A DNA stretch of 64,000 nucleotides from Ministeria vibrans ATCC 50519 (GCA_943704425.1 CALSCP010001345.1:74567-138566); one strand, 5' to 3'. Positions 11,190-23,685 are shown, counted from the first letter of the stretch. Program-made: numbers and translations. The notes: a model not told the origin generated them from the letters alone.

Positions 11190-12391
11190 TCACTTGCGAT
11201 TGAGCTCTGCAATAGAAAAGGAGCGAAATGCCAGCGCCATGTCGACCACATTGGCGCGCATTTCTTCCACTCGCACACACGTCAGCTGTCCATCCTCCCC
11301 ATAGTTTCCTATATCAAATTTCTTGAGTTTATTTCGTTTTCGCCATCGCGTACCAATCAACCGGTATGCACTTCCCATACGCAACTGACACGAAGAATAT
11401 CCATTCGACCAAAGAACGCATCTAGGAATATAATAATCATGAAAATTGTCAATTAATTACAAGCAACAAAAAAAAAGCACTCCTCTTCTCGACAGGAATG
11501 TCTCGAGAAGAGATCTAGACCGGTTCTTCGACCGAATATGAAAACTATTAATAATCCAATAATTATAAGACGCACTTGAGTTGCGCTGGAGGCGCTGCAG
11601 TACTTGAAGCACTATGCAGAGCTTGCTCACTCGCTCGATGATACGCAATCATGCTGCTGCTGCGACTACCACCACCACCTCCTCCTCCTCCTCCTCCACG
11701 CAGGCTCTTCGCAGGAAGTGCGTCGGTCACGTCAAATTCGAGTCGTTTGAAGGCGTACGCACTCGACGGCGTTTTCGGCTGCTTCACCAACACACCGTAC
11801 ACTTCGACAAGACCCTGTCGACGCACAATGTGAGTTGCTCCATATTCTTCAAGGTCGCCCACAGAGAGCGTCAGAAAAGAGGGTGAAGCTGGCACACTGG
11901 CGGATTTCTTGCGCGTCGTCGCAAACTTGTTTGAAGCCTGAAATGAAGCATTACTTTGTTGCAGTTTCATTGCGTTGCATTGGGCTTACGTTTGGGCTGA
12001 CAGAGGAGGCTGTAGTTGAAGTATGATAGACTGAGGTGGCCAGACGTGGCGTTCCACTGGTTGCCCGTTTGTTTCCAGGCGAAGAAGGCACACTGCAAGA
12101 AAAATGAGAATTTATGCGGGAACGCAGACAGACATAAAAATAAAACATGAAGAAAAAAAAACGGTTTCCCTCTCGAAAATTGCTTGGTAGAGCAACGATT
12201 CTGTGTCAGATTGTATCTGATACGACACCACATGTAGCAGCGCCGTGCACGTACGTGGTGGCGGTGGCAGAGCGAGATTCACTTTGGACCGGAATGGCCT
12301 CGCGAAAAGCAGCTGAAGCACCAACTGCACGACGTTTGGAGGCCGGCTGAGGATATCCAAGAGGGCGAATGTGAGAGTGGGAGCTCTGCAT
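11190..12391 (-). CDS. SPATA22: SPATA22-like OB-fold protein (meiotic ssDNA-binding partner of MEIOB)
   Basis: Five exons join in phase. A disordered N-terminus is followed by LVEVYGVL...LKCVLWSNGYSSCQLRMGSAYRLIGNYGEDGQLTCVRV, which aligns with the recalled SPATA22 C-domain (LFEV..L...LPCVFYEIDRELPRLIRGRVHRCVGNYD....FQCVSV). Confidence 0.6.
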
Positions 12392-12583
12392 CAGAATGTT
12401 GAAAAGAAATGAATCATAATATTTTTTATTTTATTTGATCACAAACAATACGCGAACAGAAACCACTCAGAACCACACTTCAAATCAACAGAAACATCTA
12501 GATGAAGCGGAGACAAGTTGAGCCATGGCCAGACGAGCGAAAATAAAATGTATATTATATCATTATATTTATATAAAAGAAGT

Positions 12584-15572
12584 TTATTTGAGGAAGAGGA
12601 GCGATACAAACCCGGATTGGTCGGGTGGAGACACACCCACGATGACGTCGACGTGACTGTCGTCGTTAACAAAGCCGGCAAAGGCAATGCTGGTGCCAAA
12701 GGCGAGTTCGGCGTCTGGAGAGGGGGGTGATGCGCCAGGACCCGATTCAGTGAGCGATTGGATGGCGCGTATGGAGCCATCAAAGTTGAGAAAGCAGAGG
12801 TGTGCATGGCCCACACTCGACGAGTCTGACACATTCGATGTGGCCAGCAGCAAGTCTGGGATACCGTCCTGGTCAACATCACGACCACCTCCTAGTGCAT
12901 ACTGCGACATTGTGTCCGAGACAATCTCGGTTTCGCCCAAAGCGAATCCATCAGCATCGAGGAACACCACAAAGACGCCTGTGTCAGTGGCTACCGCAAT
13001 GTCGCTCGTGGTGTCCCCATTCACATCGCCGAGGGACGTCAAGGCGCTGCCAAAATGCCCTCCGTCGACTAGCAGGCCACGGAAGCCGCCCTCCACCGAC
13101 GAGAGCCAGCCTGTGAGCGTAAACGCATTGGTGTCGGTCAGTTTCATCAGGGCAAGCGCGCCTCGATCTGCACCGCCCGCGTCACGTCCCGGCGCACCCA
13201 CCACAAAGAGTCGATCGCTGCCTAGGGAAGCAACGGACGCACCAAAGTGGTCGTCGACTTGCAACACACTCGAGAGGGTGTGGGAACGCGCAACAACTGT
13301 AACGGTGGTACCATGCCAGCCTCGCTCCAGCTCCACCAGGTACACCTGGCCATACTCAAAGGCACGCGGTGCGCCCACGATCAGTCGTACACGCTCAGAA
13401 GTGGTCTCTAGTACGGTCAAAGCCGCTCCAAACCACGCTGATAACGATGGAACTCCAAGCACGGCCTGCGACGGCACGACGGAGATGTCGCGCTTGACTC
13501 GACCGTCATGACGCAGATAGAGCACATAGAGACCCCCCGTGCCAGACGTCTGGCCCTTCTCGCCAACCACAACATCATCAATCCCGTCCCCATCCAGGTC
13601 ACCCACGCTCACCACAGCAGAGCCCGTGAGGTCGGCGGCGAGCAGCGGGCGGGAGAATCCACCGGACGCGAGACTTTGCCGTCGCTCCTCCTCCATCGAC
13701 ACATTCGCATGTGTGGCATCCCACTTCAACTGCACAACAATAATAGCGCCTGCATTGTCTCCAACCTGCGACCATCCGGGCGTGCCCACAGCCACACGCG
13801 CGTTCACTCCCGACTGCCAATCAATTCCCATCAGACCCTGTCCAAAGCGACGCGATCCAGTCACATCCGAAACCAGTCCACTGCTCAGTGTCCCCTCGAT
13901 GAGATGCCCACTCTTGACCATTCCACTCTGGAACAGCAGCAAAATGTAGATGGAGCCTCGCTCGCTCGCAGCGCCGGGAACACCAACAACCAAGTCGACC
14001 ACGCCATCTCCTACAGCGAATAATAAAAAAAAACCCCCCCCCGCATGAGTACAAACAAAAATACACTCGTATAGACATGTACTCACCGTTGAGGTCACCA
14101 ATGGTCGCAATGGAGGCACCAAATTCGTCTGATGCTGAGATTGACTGAGGGAGAATGGTGTTGGAGCGAACGACGGTGCCATCGCGGTTAAATGTGCGAT
14201 GGTAAACTACATTGTCACCCGGTGAGCCCATGTAGACGTCGGTGAAGAGACCTAGGTTCTGCAGGTCGCCTGCGATACACACGCTCGAGCCAAAACGACT
14301 CGCGCTAGACTGACCGAGAGCGAGTGTGACCGAGTTGCGACTGCGGTCCACCGTCCCGTTTGCGTGCATATACACCAGATGGATCTTACCCGAGCCAATG
14401 TTGGGCTCGCCAATGAACAGATCAACCACACCGTCGCCGTCGATGTCGCCGACAGCAAGAGCACTGCCGAATTCCGTGTCAACCGAGATGAAGAGCTGTT
14501 CGTAGTCGATGAACGTTGAGGTGTACAGTTGTCCATCATGAGAGAGAGTGGACGTGTAGACAAATCCAATGGAGTGGCTGGTGCCCGACTCGGGTGACGG
14601 CACACCAACCATGAGGTCGGGGATACCGTCTTCATTGATGTCGCCCAGAAGAGCCAGGGCATAGCCATACTGTGAGTCGACGCGTGTGCGCACACTTTTG
14701 ATCAAACTCGTCTCACGGACAGAGCCATCGTCGCGCATGAATAGGATCATAATGGCACCCATGCTGCTGGACACGTCGTTGTGGAATGGACAGCCGACAG
14801 CCCACTCATCAATGCCGTCGCCGTCAACGTCGCCTGCCTTGATAATGGACCAGCCTAGTTTGCGCTGGGCAACTTCGTTGAAGTCGCGCGTCTCCTCGCC
14901 AATCCAGACTCCTCCGACCACCGTTCCATTTCCCCCGACAATAGTCCGTGTACAATTACTGCCGTCGCCGGAGAAGCCAAGCTCGCAGGCGCACGAGTAC
15001 TGGCCGGGGCCTTGGTAGAGACACAGCGAATGCGCACTCGCACTACAATTGTGTGTGCCGTCGACACACTTGTTGATGGCCGTACACGTAAAGCCACTAC
15101 CGCGGTATCCACTGTCGCATGAACATACAGCCGCACCCGAAGCGAGCGTTGAGCAGATAGCGTTGGGGGAGCAACGTGAGCATGTGCCTTAAAAAAAAAT
15201 TACATTGCGGTTTTGTGGTTCAGTTTCACAGTATATATATATATATAAAAACTGACCGACGTTGGATGGAGGGGTGGAAGTGGATGAAGATGAGAGGGCT
15301 TGCTCGAGCGCAACGACGCGAGAGTGGACGTCGATGCTGGAGTTGGCGAGAAAGAGCGGCGACGCGACGCGAACGTGTCCGCCGGCCGCGGGGTCAATGC
15401 GAAGCTCGCCATTGTCCATGCTGGCACTAAGAGGGGCGGGGGTGGAGGGGGGTGGCGGTAGAAGGGATTAAGGGGGGGGAGAGGGGCGGTAGAAGGGGTG
15501 GAAAGGGTACATGGAGGCATCTTGCGATGACACGGTGCCAATGCACAAAACGAGGCAGAGAAGAAGACTCAT
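12584..15572 (-). CDS. Secreted protein: signal peptide + cubilin-N-like module + 2 EGF domains + ~12 FG-GAP (integrin-alpha-type) repeats, no TM segment
   Basis: Exons 15572-15511, 15426-15257, 15187-14087 and 14010-12584. Signal MSLLLCLVLCIGTVSS. EGF motifs CSCDSGYRGSGFTC and CACELGFSGDGSNC. Repeated FG.S/A...GD.DGDG..D..VG.P. Ends VSLLFLK*. Confidence 0.9.
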
Positions 15573-15807
15573 TGCGACACGAGTAGGGTGATGCAGGCGC
15601 CCGCCTTGTATTGATGCCTGTTGGCGCTTGTATCAGAAGGAAACAAGTTAAAAGTAAAATTATTGGAAATTTCAGTCAAAACTCAAAAGTGAAAGGAAGT
15701 GGTATAAAACGCAGGGGTAATAATTATGCTATGTTTGCACCAATAACGCCATAGACTTATTAGACTGATTCCAAAAAGATGTTTGCTTATTATTATCATT
15801 GCTATTA

Positions 15808-16616
15808 TTATGAAGTTGAAGTTACAGGGCTCTTGGACTTGTTGGAAGGGAGCACACCGTGTTCTTCGAGATGGGCAATGGCGTCATAGGAGCGCTGGAC
15901 GCGGGCAAGAGCAAGTTGGGCGCGAACTCGTAAGGGATCGCATTGGGCATACGAGCGAATGAGGTCGGGCAAAGAGGTGTCTTGGGCGCGCTGGAGACGC
16001 GACTCGTGTTCATGACTGAGCATCTGCTGGGTGAACCGATCGCCTTCGGTGGGGACGGTGAGATGAGGGATGAGAGAGAGATCGGGTGCGGGAANNNNNN
16101 NNNGTCGGGGTGGAGACGACGAGGGGTGGGGGTGGGGGTGGTTGCGAGGAGGAGGACGGAGGCGCATGATGGGGTTTGTGCTGTTGCGACGTCTGCTGCT
16201 GTGGCGAAGGGTAGTGCTGAGGAGGGAACGACGGAGGGGTGTGGTAGCCGGGTGGCGCACTGTGTGGCGGGGGGGTGGACGGAGGAGGCGGCGCAGGAGC
16301 GGCAGGAGGAGGGCCGTTAGAAAGACGCCGTTCGTCCCAGCGCGATTGCGGCTGCTGCTGATGATGCGGGGGATGCGAGCGGTGCTGATGGTGTCGAGGA
16401 GGCGGGGTACTGTGTGAAGAGTGTCGCTCATCGCGCGACGACGCGTATGTGCTGTATGAGTCTGAGTTGTGTCGTCTACACACAAATCACACAAAATCAC
16501 ACAACTGAAAATGTTTCTTTTCTTTTTTTTTACGGCGGAGGTGATCTAGATCTTCTGCGCGATTGGTGGTACTGTTGAGACTGGTGGCCATGTGGGGAAG
16601 GTGAGTATCGTCGCAT
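15808..16616 (-). CDS. Pro/Gln/His-rich low-complexity protein with a short helical C-terminus; interrupted by an N-gap
   Basis: ATG 16616 (MRRYSPSPHGHQ...RSRSPP). The intron GTAAAA..GTAG joins to RHNSDSYSTY.... The frame change falls at the N-gap near 16095-16103. Confidence 0.55.
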
Positions 16617-16806
16617 CGTGATGAGAGGGATATTCCAATAATAATATTAATTATTATTATTATTATTTTTATTATTTTGATTTTTGTCTTTTGAATAGTA
16701 ATCAGTTATCAGTCAGCACTTAACTATCTATCTTTGATCACGACTGACCTCGTTCCTTCTGTGTTTCCCGAGTAACCGGGCTCCCCCTCTCCCCCCGCCC
16801 CCTCTC

Positions 16807-18478
16807 ATGTCGGTCGCGGCCGCCAAGGTGCGCATTGTGCAAAGATCACAGAGAGAGATTGTCATTGTGTGTCTAATTATGTGTCTGTCTCTCTCTCTCT
16901 CTCATTCTCTCACATTCTCTCTCTCTCCCTCTCTCTCTCTCCTCTTCCTCCCTCAGACGGAACTCAGCCTCAAGTGTTCCTATGGAAAGGAGAACCGGTA
17001 CGTCTTTCTCTTTGTTCTTTCTGTCGTTTTGTGTATCTCTTTGTGACGATTCTTTTTTTTTTTTTTTTAACTAACAATCTCTCAATTTCGCACAGGAGAT
17101 TCCACTTTCCCCGCGCTGCATTGACGCATCGGCTGCTCCTGGAGAAGCTGTCGGACCAGTATGGGTTCAATGTGTCTATTAGTTACGTAAACGATGAGGT
17201 CAGTGCAAAAACATATATAAAAAACGAAATATTTCGCTGTCGCTTTTTGTTGTTTTCGCTTTGCTCTCTCGCGTCTTGCGTCCTTTTGCGCGTCTGTTGC
17301 TTCCCACGTGTGCCTTGTCGGTGCACGCTCCCTTCCCGCGGGGTCGCTGTGGTCTCATGGGCCTGTGTCGTGTAGGGCGCGCGAGTGGAGCTGCAGTCGC
17401 AGTACGAAATGGACATGGCTCTCATCACATACGACCGGACGGCGACGGAGGCCGCCGAGAAGGCCGACAGGAGCGAGCCGCCGCCCCTACGCATTCGTGT
17501 GGAGAAGAGCACGGCCCAGGCGGCGCTGCTTCCGGTCAGCGTTGCGACCGACGTCAAACGCGTCTCGTCGTTTGTGGCCGAAGAGAAGACCCCTCCGCCC
17601 AGTCCCGTGCGCCAGACACACCACGCACGTGCCTTCAGCGACGGCGGTCTTGGCTTTGTATCCAATACGAGTTCGCTCGACTCGAGCATGGGGCACTACA
17701 CCGATGTGCTCTCCATGGGCTCGACGACAGGTCCGTCGCTCATCGGCTCACGCAGTCAGGGGGGCGTCGCCATGCCTGTCACTGACGGCTTCCATGCCGA
17801 CTCGGACGACGATGGTAACGCTTCGTCGCCCGAACCAGGGTGCCTGCCGGCTTCTCGTCGGCCCCTCTCGACGGGCGCTCTCTCCTCGTCCACCGAAAGT
17901 CCTTCAACGCCTCTGAGCCCCTCCTTAAACACCCCCAATGGATCAAGGCAACAACAGCTACAGACGACAAACGCATCGCAGCATTACAGTCGCATCCTCT
18001 CACCTGTCTCCCTCTCGCCCGTTCGCTCACACTTTGTCGCCGAGCACAGTCTCCCATACCAACGCGACTTCCCTAACATGTACCATCGGCACCCGCCCGC
18101 CCCTACCAGCCCCCAACATTATCAACACCAACAACAGACCACAACCACCTACGCCGACTACGCCGTTCCCAACGGCGCTGTGCCCATCATTAAGAAGCCT
18201 GTGCTCTCCTTCCGTCACTCCACCCCCGCCGACGACGACCGCCGTCGCGGCTTTGTCGTCCGCCCTGCACACCACCAGAATGCTGGCCCTCCTCAACAGA
18301 GCTCGACAGCGACAGCCACTGCAAATACACCTGGCGTGGGTGGTGGGGTGTTCTCAGGTGCTCCTCATCCCGAACTCGTCACCTCACCCGTCTTCCTCGC
18401 CTCCTCCGTCAGCTCCACCTCCGCCTCCACTCCCACCACCGCCTTCCCTTCCCCACCCCCCACCCAACAACCACAACC

Positions 18479-18509
<31 letters not shown>

Positions 18510-19935
18510 CCTCAGTCGATTGCAGCGTCATCACCACCAAAAGACCCTACACCTCCCACTCGAGCAAAAACCATCTCTACCGCTCCCTCTTCTCCATTCC
18601 CCTCCAACGCTCCGTCCGTCACGACATCCCCTCCCTCCACTCAGCGCTCCTCCTTTAACAGCAACACCAGTAGCTTTGTGTCGGCGGCCGTTGCCTCAGG
18701 CACTGCCGTCCCTCTTGGCGAATTTAGAAAACGCTCGCGAACCTGTCCCGACTCGGTGCTCAGCAAAGTACAAAAACGCCCGACACGCGACGAACTGGAT
18801 CGAGTGGGTCAGCCCAAACGGTGGAAGTTGGGTGCGCTGTTGGGTCAGGGAGGTTTTGGCAAAGTGTACGTGTGCTATGATCTCGATCGCGGGACTCAGT
18901 TGGCCGTCAAGCAAGTAAGATTATCTGACTGCATGCATGTGTGTGTTTATCTACTTTGTTTCTCTCTTGATTTTTTTCTTTTTTATCACTCTTGTTTCTC
19001 TCTATCTCTCTCTCTCTCTCTCTGTCACACACACACTTTGCTTTTTTCATCTCCCTCGTCTCTTTCTCTCTCTTTTCCTACGTCTCGTTTTTGAACAAAA
19101 TTCATCTTATTGCTCTTTTTCCAGGTTGATTTGCAAAACATCAATGGATCTCACAGTGCCAAACACGACCGAGAAATGCAGAATCTCGAGGAAGAAATTG
19201 AGGTAATGAAGGCTCTCAAACACGAACATATAGTGCACTATTACGGCACTGAGCGCACCGAGTCGGCTTTGTCCATCTTTATGGAATTTGTGTCGGGAAA
19301 CTCAATTGCGTATCGACTCAAAGCGGTAAGTGTGGATTATTTTTTAACAATAATTATATTATTATATTAATTGATGAATCATTCATAATAATTGTTGTTG
19401 GTAATAATTGTAGTGCGGAGCATTCAGTGAGTCTGTGACGCGCAACTACACTCGACAGTTGATTGAAGCACTGATCTATCTGCATGAGAATCGGGTGGTG
19501 CATCGGGATATCAAGGGAGCGAACATTCTGGTGGAGAAGACGGGACTGGTCAAACTGGCGGACTTTGGAGCGTCCAAGCGACTTCTGTCGATCATCCAGG
19601 ACAGTAATTTTCTCAAGTCGCATGTGGGAACGCCATACTGGATGGCACCTGAGGTGGTCAATGGCGAAGGGCACGGGCGCAAAAGCGATGTGTGGTCTCT
19701 GGCTGCGACCGTTCTTGAAATGCTCACGGGCCGTCCGCCCTTTGGCCACCTGGAACCTATGGCCGCCATCTTTCGCATTGGCTCCACGACCACTCCACCC
19801 CCTATTCCCTCCGATATTTCCCCCACCGCTCGCTCCTTTATGCTCTCGTGCTTTGTGCGTGCTCCGACCGAACGTCCCGGCCCTGAGCTGCTCATTCAGC
19901 ACGCCTTTGTGCCCGATTTTTGTCCCTTCCATTGA
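16807..19935 (+). CDS. MAP3K of the MEKK2/MEKK3 type (N-terminal PB1, C-terminal STE11-family kinase)
   Basis: Spliced PB1: LSLKCSYGKENRRFHFPR...ISYVNDE...LQSQYEMDMAL...LRIRV. Kinase motifs WKLGALLGQGGFGKVYVCYD, AVKQV, HRDIKGANIL, DFG and GTPYWMAPEV. Confidence 0.93.
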
Positions 19936-20768
19936 TTCCCCTGCGACTCTGTCTGTCTCTTTTTTTTCTTATTTGCGAGCTTCTCTCTTTGAGGTCTGTC
20001 GTATTATTTTTTTTTGTCTTGTACTTGTGCGTTTGTATGAGAAGATAATAATATAGAGTATCATAATAATTTCATTGCTTGAATTGCCAGGAATTCAACA
20101 TTACTCTCCCACCGTGATAGCGGCGACTTTGTAAGCCTCTGCCAGTCACTGACAGCATGACACTTCCCGCTTGACCCTTGTTTCTTTTCCCTTTTCATTT
20201 ACTCACAACTGTGCCCAAGGCAGTTCCATTAGCAGAGTACCCGTTCCGGCTCGCTCGAGTTCGTAGTGAGTCAGTCAGTCCGAGAAAGACCCCTTTCAGT
20301 GCGCGAATCTATGCACTGGGGAACGTAGGCAACTGGTCGTTGCCAAGAATAGCGCGCATCGAGGGCGGCCGTCTGAGCCAAATGTGGAATTGGAGTTGTA
20401 ACTCCCAAGGGTGAACCCAGGTCAGAAGTAAAGTGAGTGCGCACTATATATAGACACGTCCCGCTCACTGTGCGACTGCAGATTGCACCACTCCGTGTTG
20501 TTCGTGAGGCACATTCGTTGACTCGCGCTGCCCCTGCGAACGCCAGTTGAGCATTGTGACTCGGCACGAAGGGGGTCTCAGAGCCTGCAGTAAAAACCAA
20601 TGGTACAGCGTAACTACAGGTTCGATGTTGGCGGTAGCCATCTTGTCAATTGACACTTGAGTAGTTGTTAAAGAGTTGTTTTTCCTACATTTTACAGGCA
20701 CATTCACACACACGCACACATCTCTCTCGTTCTCTGAGTCACAAAAAATGAACACACACAGCATCAGC

Positions 20769-21448
20769 CTATTGAGGTGCTGCCGACTTGCTCATGGTGT
20801 CCGTGGCGATCTGACGCATTGTGACAGACACCTCCTTGGCCATGTCCTCGAGCCCGTGTCCCGCAAAGATATCCATAGAGATCATGGCGGCGGGGTCAAC
20901 GAACGACACCACGACTTGGTCGTCTTCGCTGTACACCGACACGCGACAGGGCAACAGTGAACTGACCGTCATGGTTTGGGAGAGCACAGCGCTCGCCTAA
21001 GGAAGACACAAACGCATTAAGACACACACACACACACACATATATAAATATATTACATATATATTCACACACACACTCCCTCACTCACTCACACAGTGCG
21101 CGAGTATATATATCTACGCACCTTCTTGGGGTTACAGACCTGGTAGACGATAAGGTCCTTCTCGAAAGGCTCGCCCTGTGAGAGAGAGTTGAGTGGTCAG
21201 AACTCGCACTTATCACAAGTTGTACAACAGAAAACCGAACGTTTCGTCTTTCTCACCTTAGAAATCAATGTCGACTTGATATCGACCTTGCCAACGACAC
21301 CAAACTTGTTCTCGACAATGGCCTGCTCCAGGTTGGCGCAGACAGTCGCAAAGTCAGCGGCGCTGTAACGACAGAGTGAATATGAATAACATGTCAAGCG
21401 ACTGAAGCGCAGTCCGTACCAGCGCATTTCAACGAGTCCGGAAGCCAT
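20769..21448 (-). CDS. DUF302 (COG3439) domain protein
   Basis: Four exons give ...LEQAIVENKFGVVGKVDIKSTLISK|GEPFEKDLIVYQVCNPKK|ASAVL...LLPCRVSVY. CNP and LPCR are the DUF302 signature motifs. Confidence 0.85.
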
Positions 21449-21925
21449 GCTTGGTATGGTGTATGATCGGGTGGGTGGGTTCGAATGAATTAAACTAAGT
21501 GATAGAACCAAGTCGGATTTCAGAATTTGTCTTTCAATTGGAAAATGTCGGCAAACGAATAACCGCCGATCTGTGTCTATTCATGCAGCACACGCTGTAA
21601 GTTATAATAAGCAATAATTATGCATGAAGCATCAAAGCATGAATAGTCATGATGACTGATCACTGATATGTCAAAGGAGAATGTACATTATTATGAAAAT
21701 CACATGAAAATGATATGTAAAGAAACTCCACACACTCTTTTGAGGGGCTTCTGAGGCGAGTCTATTCATTATACACTCAATAGTCAATATAGTATGTGGC
21801 GGAAGCATTCAGCAATCCACAATCAGCAATAATTCAGCATTGACTGTATTATTTGTACTACTCTTACTGATCGATGAGCAAACTAACTAAACTTTTATAG
21901 AAATATTATATTATTTGTATTGCTC

Positions 21926-23484
21926 ATGCTTCGATTTTTGCTGCTAGTGGCCACCTTGGTTGTTACAATCCAAGGAGTGGACGAGGCAGAGATGTACGCC
22001 CTCTGATTGTATTTTTTTATTGTTTTTATTGNNNNNNNNNNNNNNATTAATAATAATAATAATAGATCCTCACAAGATGGAAATCTGGTGATCTCGCCGA
22101 GCAGCAGTGGCGCTGTGCATGTCATGGGGGATGCTCTGTACGTCAATGGCTCTCGCGCTGTGACCAATGCGTCGTGGACTGAGCGCACTGCATCGCTTTT
22201 TGACCGCATTGCGCGACTGGAGTGCTCTGCAAGCACCAGTGGCTGCTCTGCCTCGCCCGCAACAGCCACGGCCGTCTCGACTGCCACGGCAACCCCGACG
22301 CCCACACCCGCCCCCTCGGCAGACCCCGACCCGCAACCGCGCTCAACGCCCTTCATCGCCACGTTCGACACGACTCGGTCAAGCAACCGCGCCACCAACG
22401 AGACGCAGCTCAACCTGCCCCTGCAGTCGTCGGGAACGTACTCTTTCGTCGTCGATTGGGGCGACTCCTCCCAATCAGACACAATCACGTCCTATGACGA
22501 TCCGGCCGCGACGCACAACTACGCCCAGCCCGGTACAGAACATACACGAGTGGACACCACCACCAGGCCTCGCCCCACACCGACTTCACTGATCTCTACT
22601 CTACTGTACTAGGGACGTATACCGTCACAATTCAGGGCCAACTCGACGGCTGGCGCTACAACAACCAAGTGGACTGTGTCAAACTCATCTCGGTCCTCCA
22701 GTGGGGCTCCCTGCGTCCCATGAGCTCAAACGGTAACTATTTCTCGGGCGCAGTGAACATGGACGTGCTCGCAACGGACACACTCGATCTGTCGCTCACT
22801 ACGACGCTCGCTGGTGCGTTCACTCGAACCAAAATTAGCTCCACAGGCAACTTCAATGCGTGGGACGTCGCACATATTGTCGACTTCTCTTTCTGCTTCA
22901 GCTTCTGCACCTCGTTCAACCAGCCCCTCGACCAGTGGGACACGTCGAGTGCCATCAACATGCGCAACATGTTCTACACCGCGTCCATCTTCAACCAGCC
23001 CGTCGAAACGTGGGACGTCTCGCAGGTCACCGACATGTCGGCCATGTTTCAACTGGCGCGTCGCTTTAACCAGTCACTCGTGCAATGGGACACGGGCAAG
23101 GTCGAAATCATTGATGTCATGTTCCGGCAGTGCACTGACTTCAACGGCAACGTGAGCACGTGGGATACGTCTAGCATGCGTCAAATGGCATTTGCCTTCA
23201 ACGAGTGCCCTTCCTTCAACCGCGACCTGTCCGCCTGGATCACCACTAGTGTCACCTCCATGTCATACATGTTTAAAGATGCCACATCCTTCAACCAGGA
23301 CATTAGCGCCTGGGACACGTCGTCCACCACGCAAATGACCAACATGTTCAACAATGCCCGTGCATTCAACCAAGATTTGTCAAGCTGGTGCGTGGCCCAC
23401 ATTGCGTCACAGCCCGCCTCGTTTGACGCGAGTGCGTCGGCTTGGTCCCTCAGCAGACCGCTTTGGGGTGTGCCGTGTGTCTAA
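21926..23484 (+). CDS. Secreted protein: signal peptide + cubilin-N-like module + PT linker + PKD-like domain + DUF285 (BspA-like) repeats
   Basis: Exons 21926-21993, 22066-22532 and 22613-23484. FVVDWGD...THNYAQPGTYTVTI is PKD-like. About nine 25-aa repeats of type FNQPLDQWDTSSAINMRNMF. Ends FNQDLSSWCV..I.SQP..F. Confidence 0.92.
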
Positions 23485-23685
23485 CAAAGAATCTCCCACG
23501 CATTCGCATGGCACACTTGGATATTTTATATTAATAATAATAATAATAATGATTAAAATAATAATAATTATTCATATTTTTTTTGACATGACTGTACTGA
23601 TTTAAGAAGTCGTGGCGAATTGAGATGTGAGTTTGGCAGTGTCTTTTGTGTGAGAAAGAGTGTGTGTGTGTGCATGTGTGTGGAC

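Noticed and set aside
12584-15572. Bona fide integrin alpha
   Set aside because: It has twelve blades and N-terminal EGFs, and lacks thigh/calf domains, a TM helix and a GFFKR motif.
20100-20642. Possible small minus-strand gene downstream of DUF302
   Set aside because: Candidate splices gave stops and no motif was recognised.
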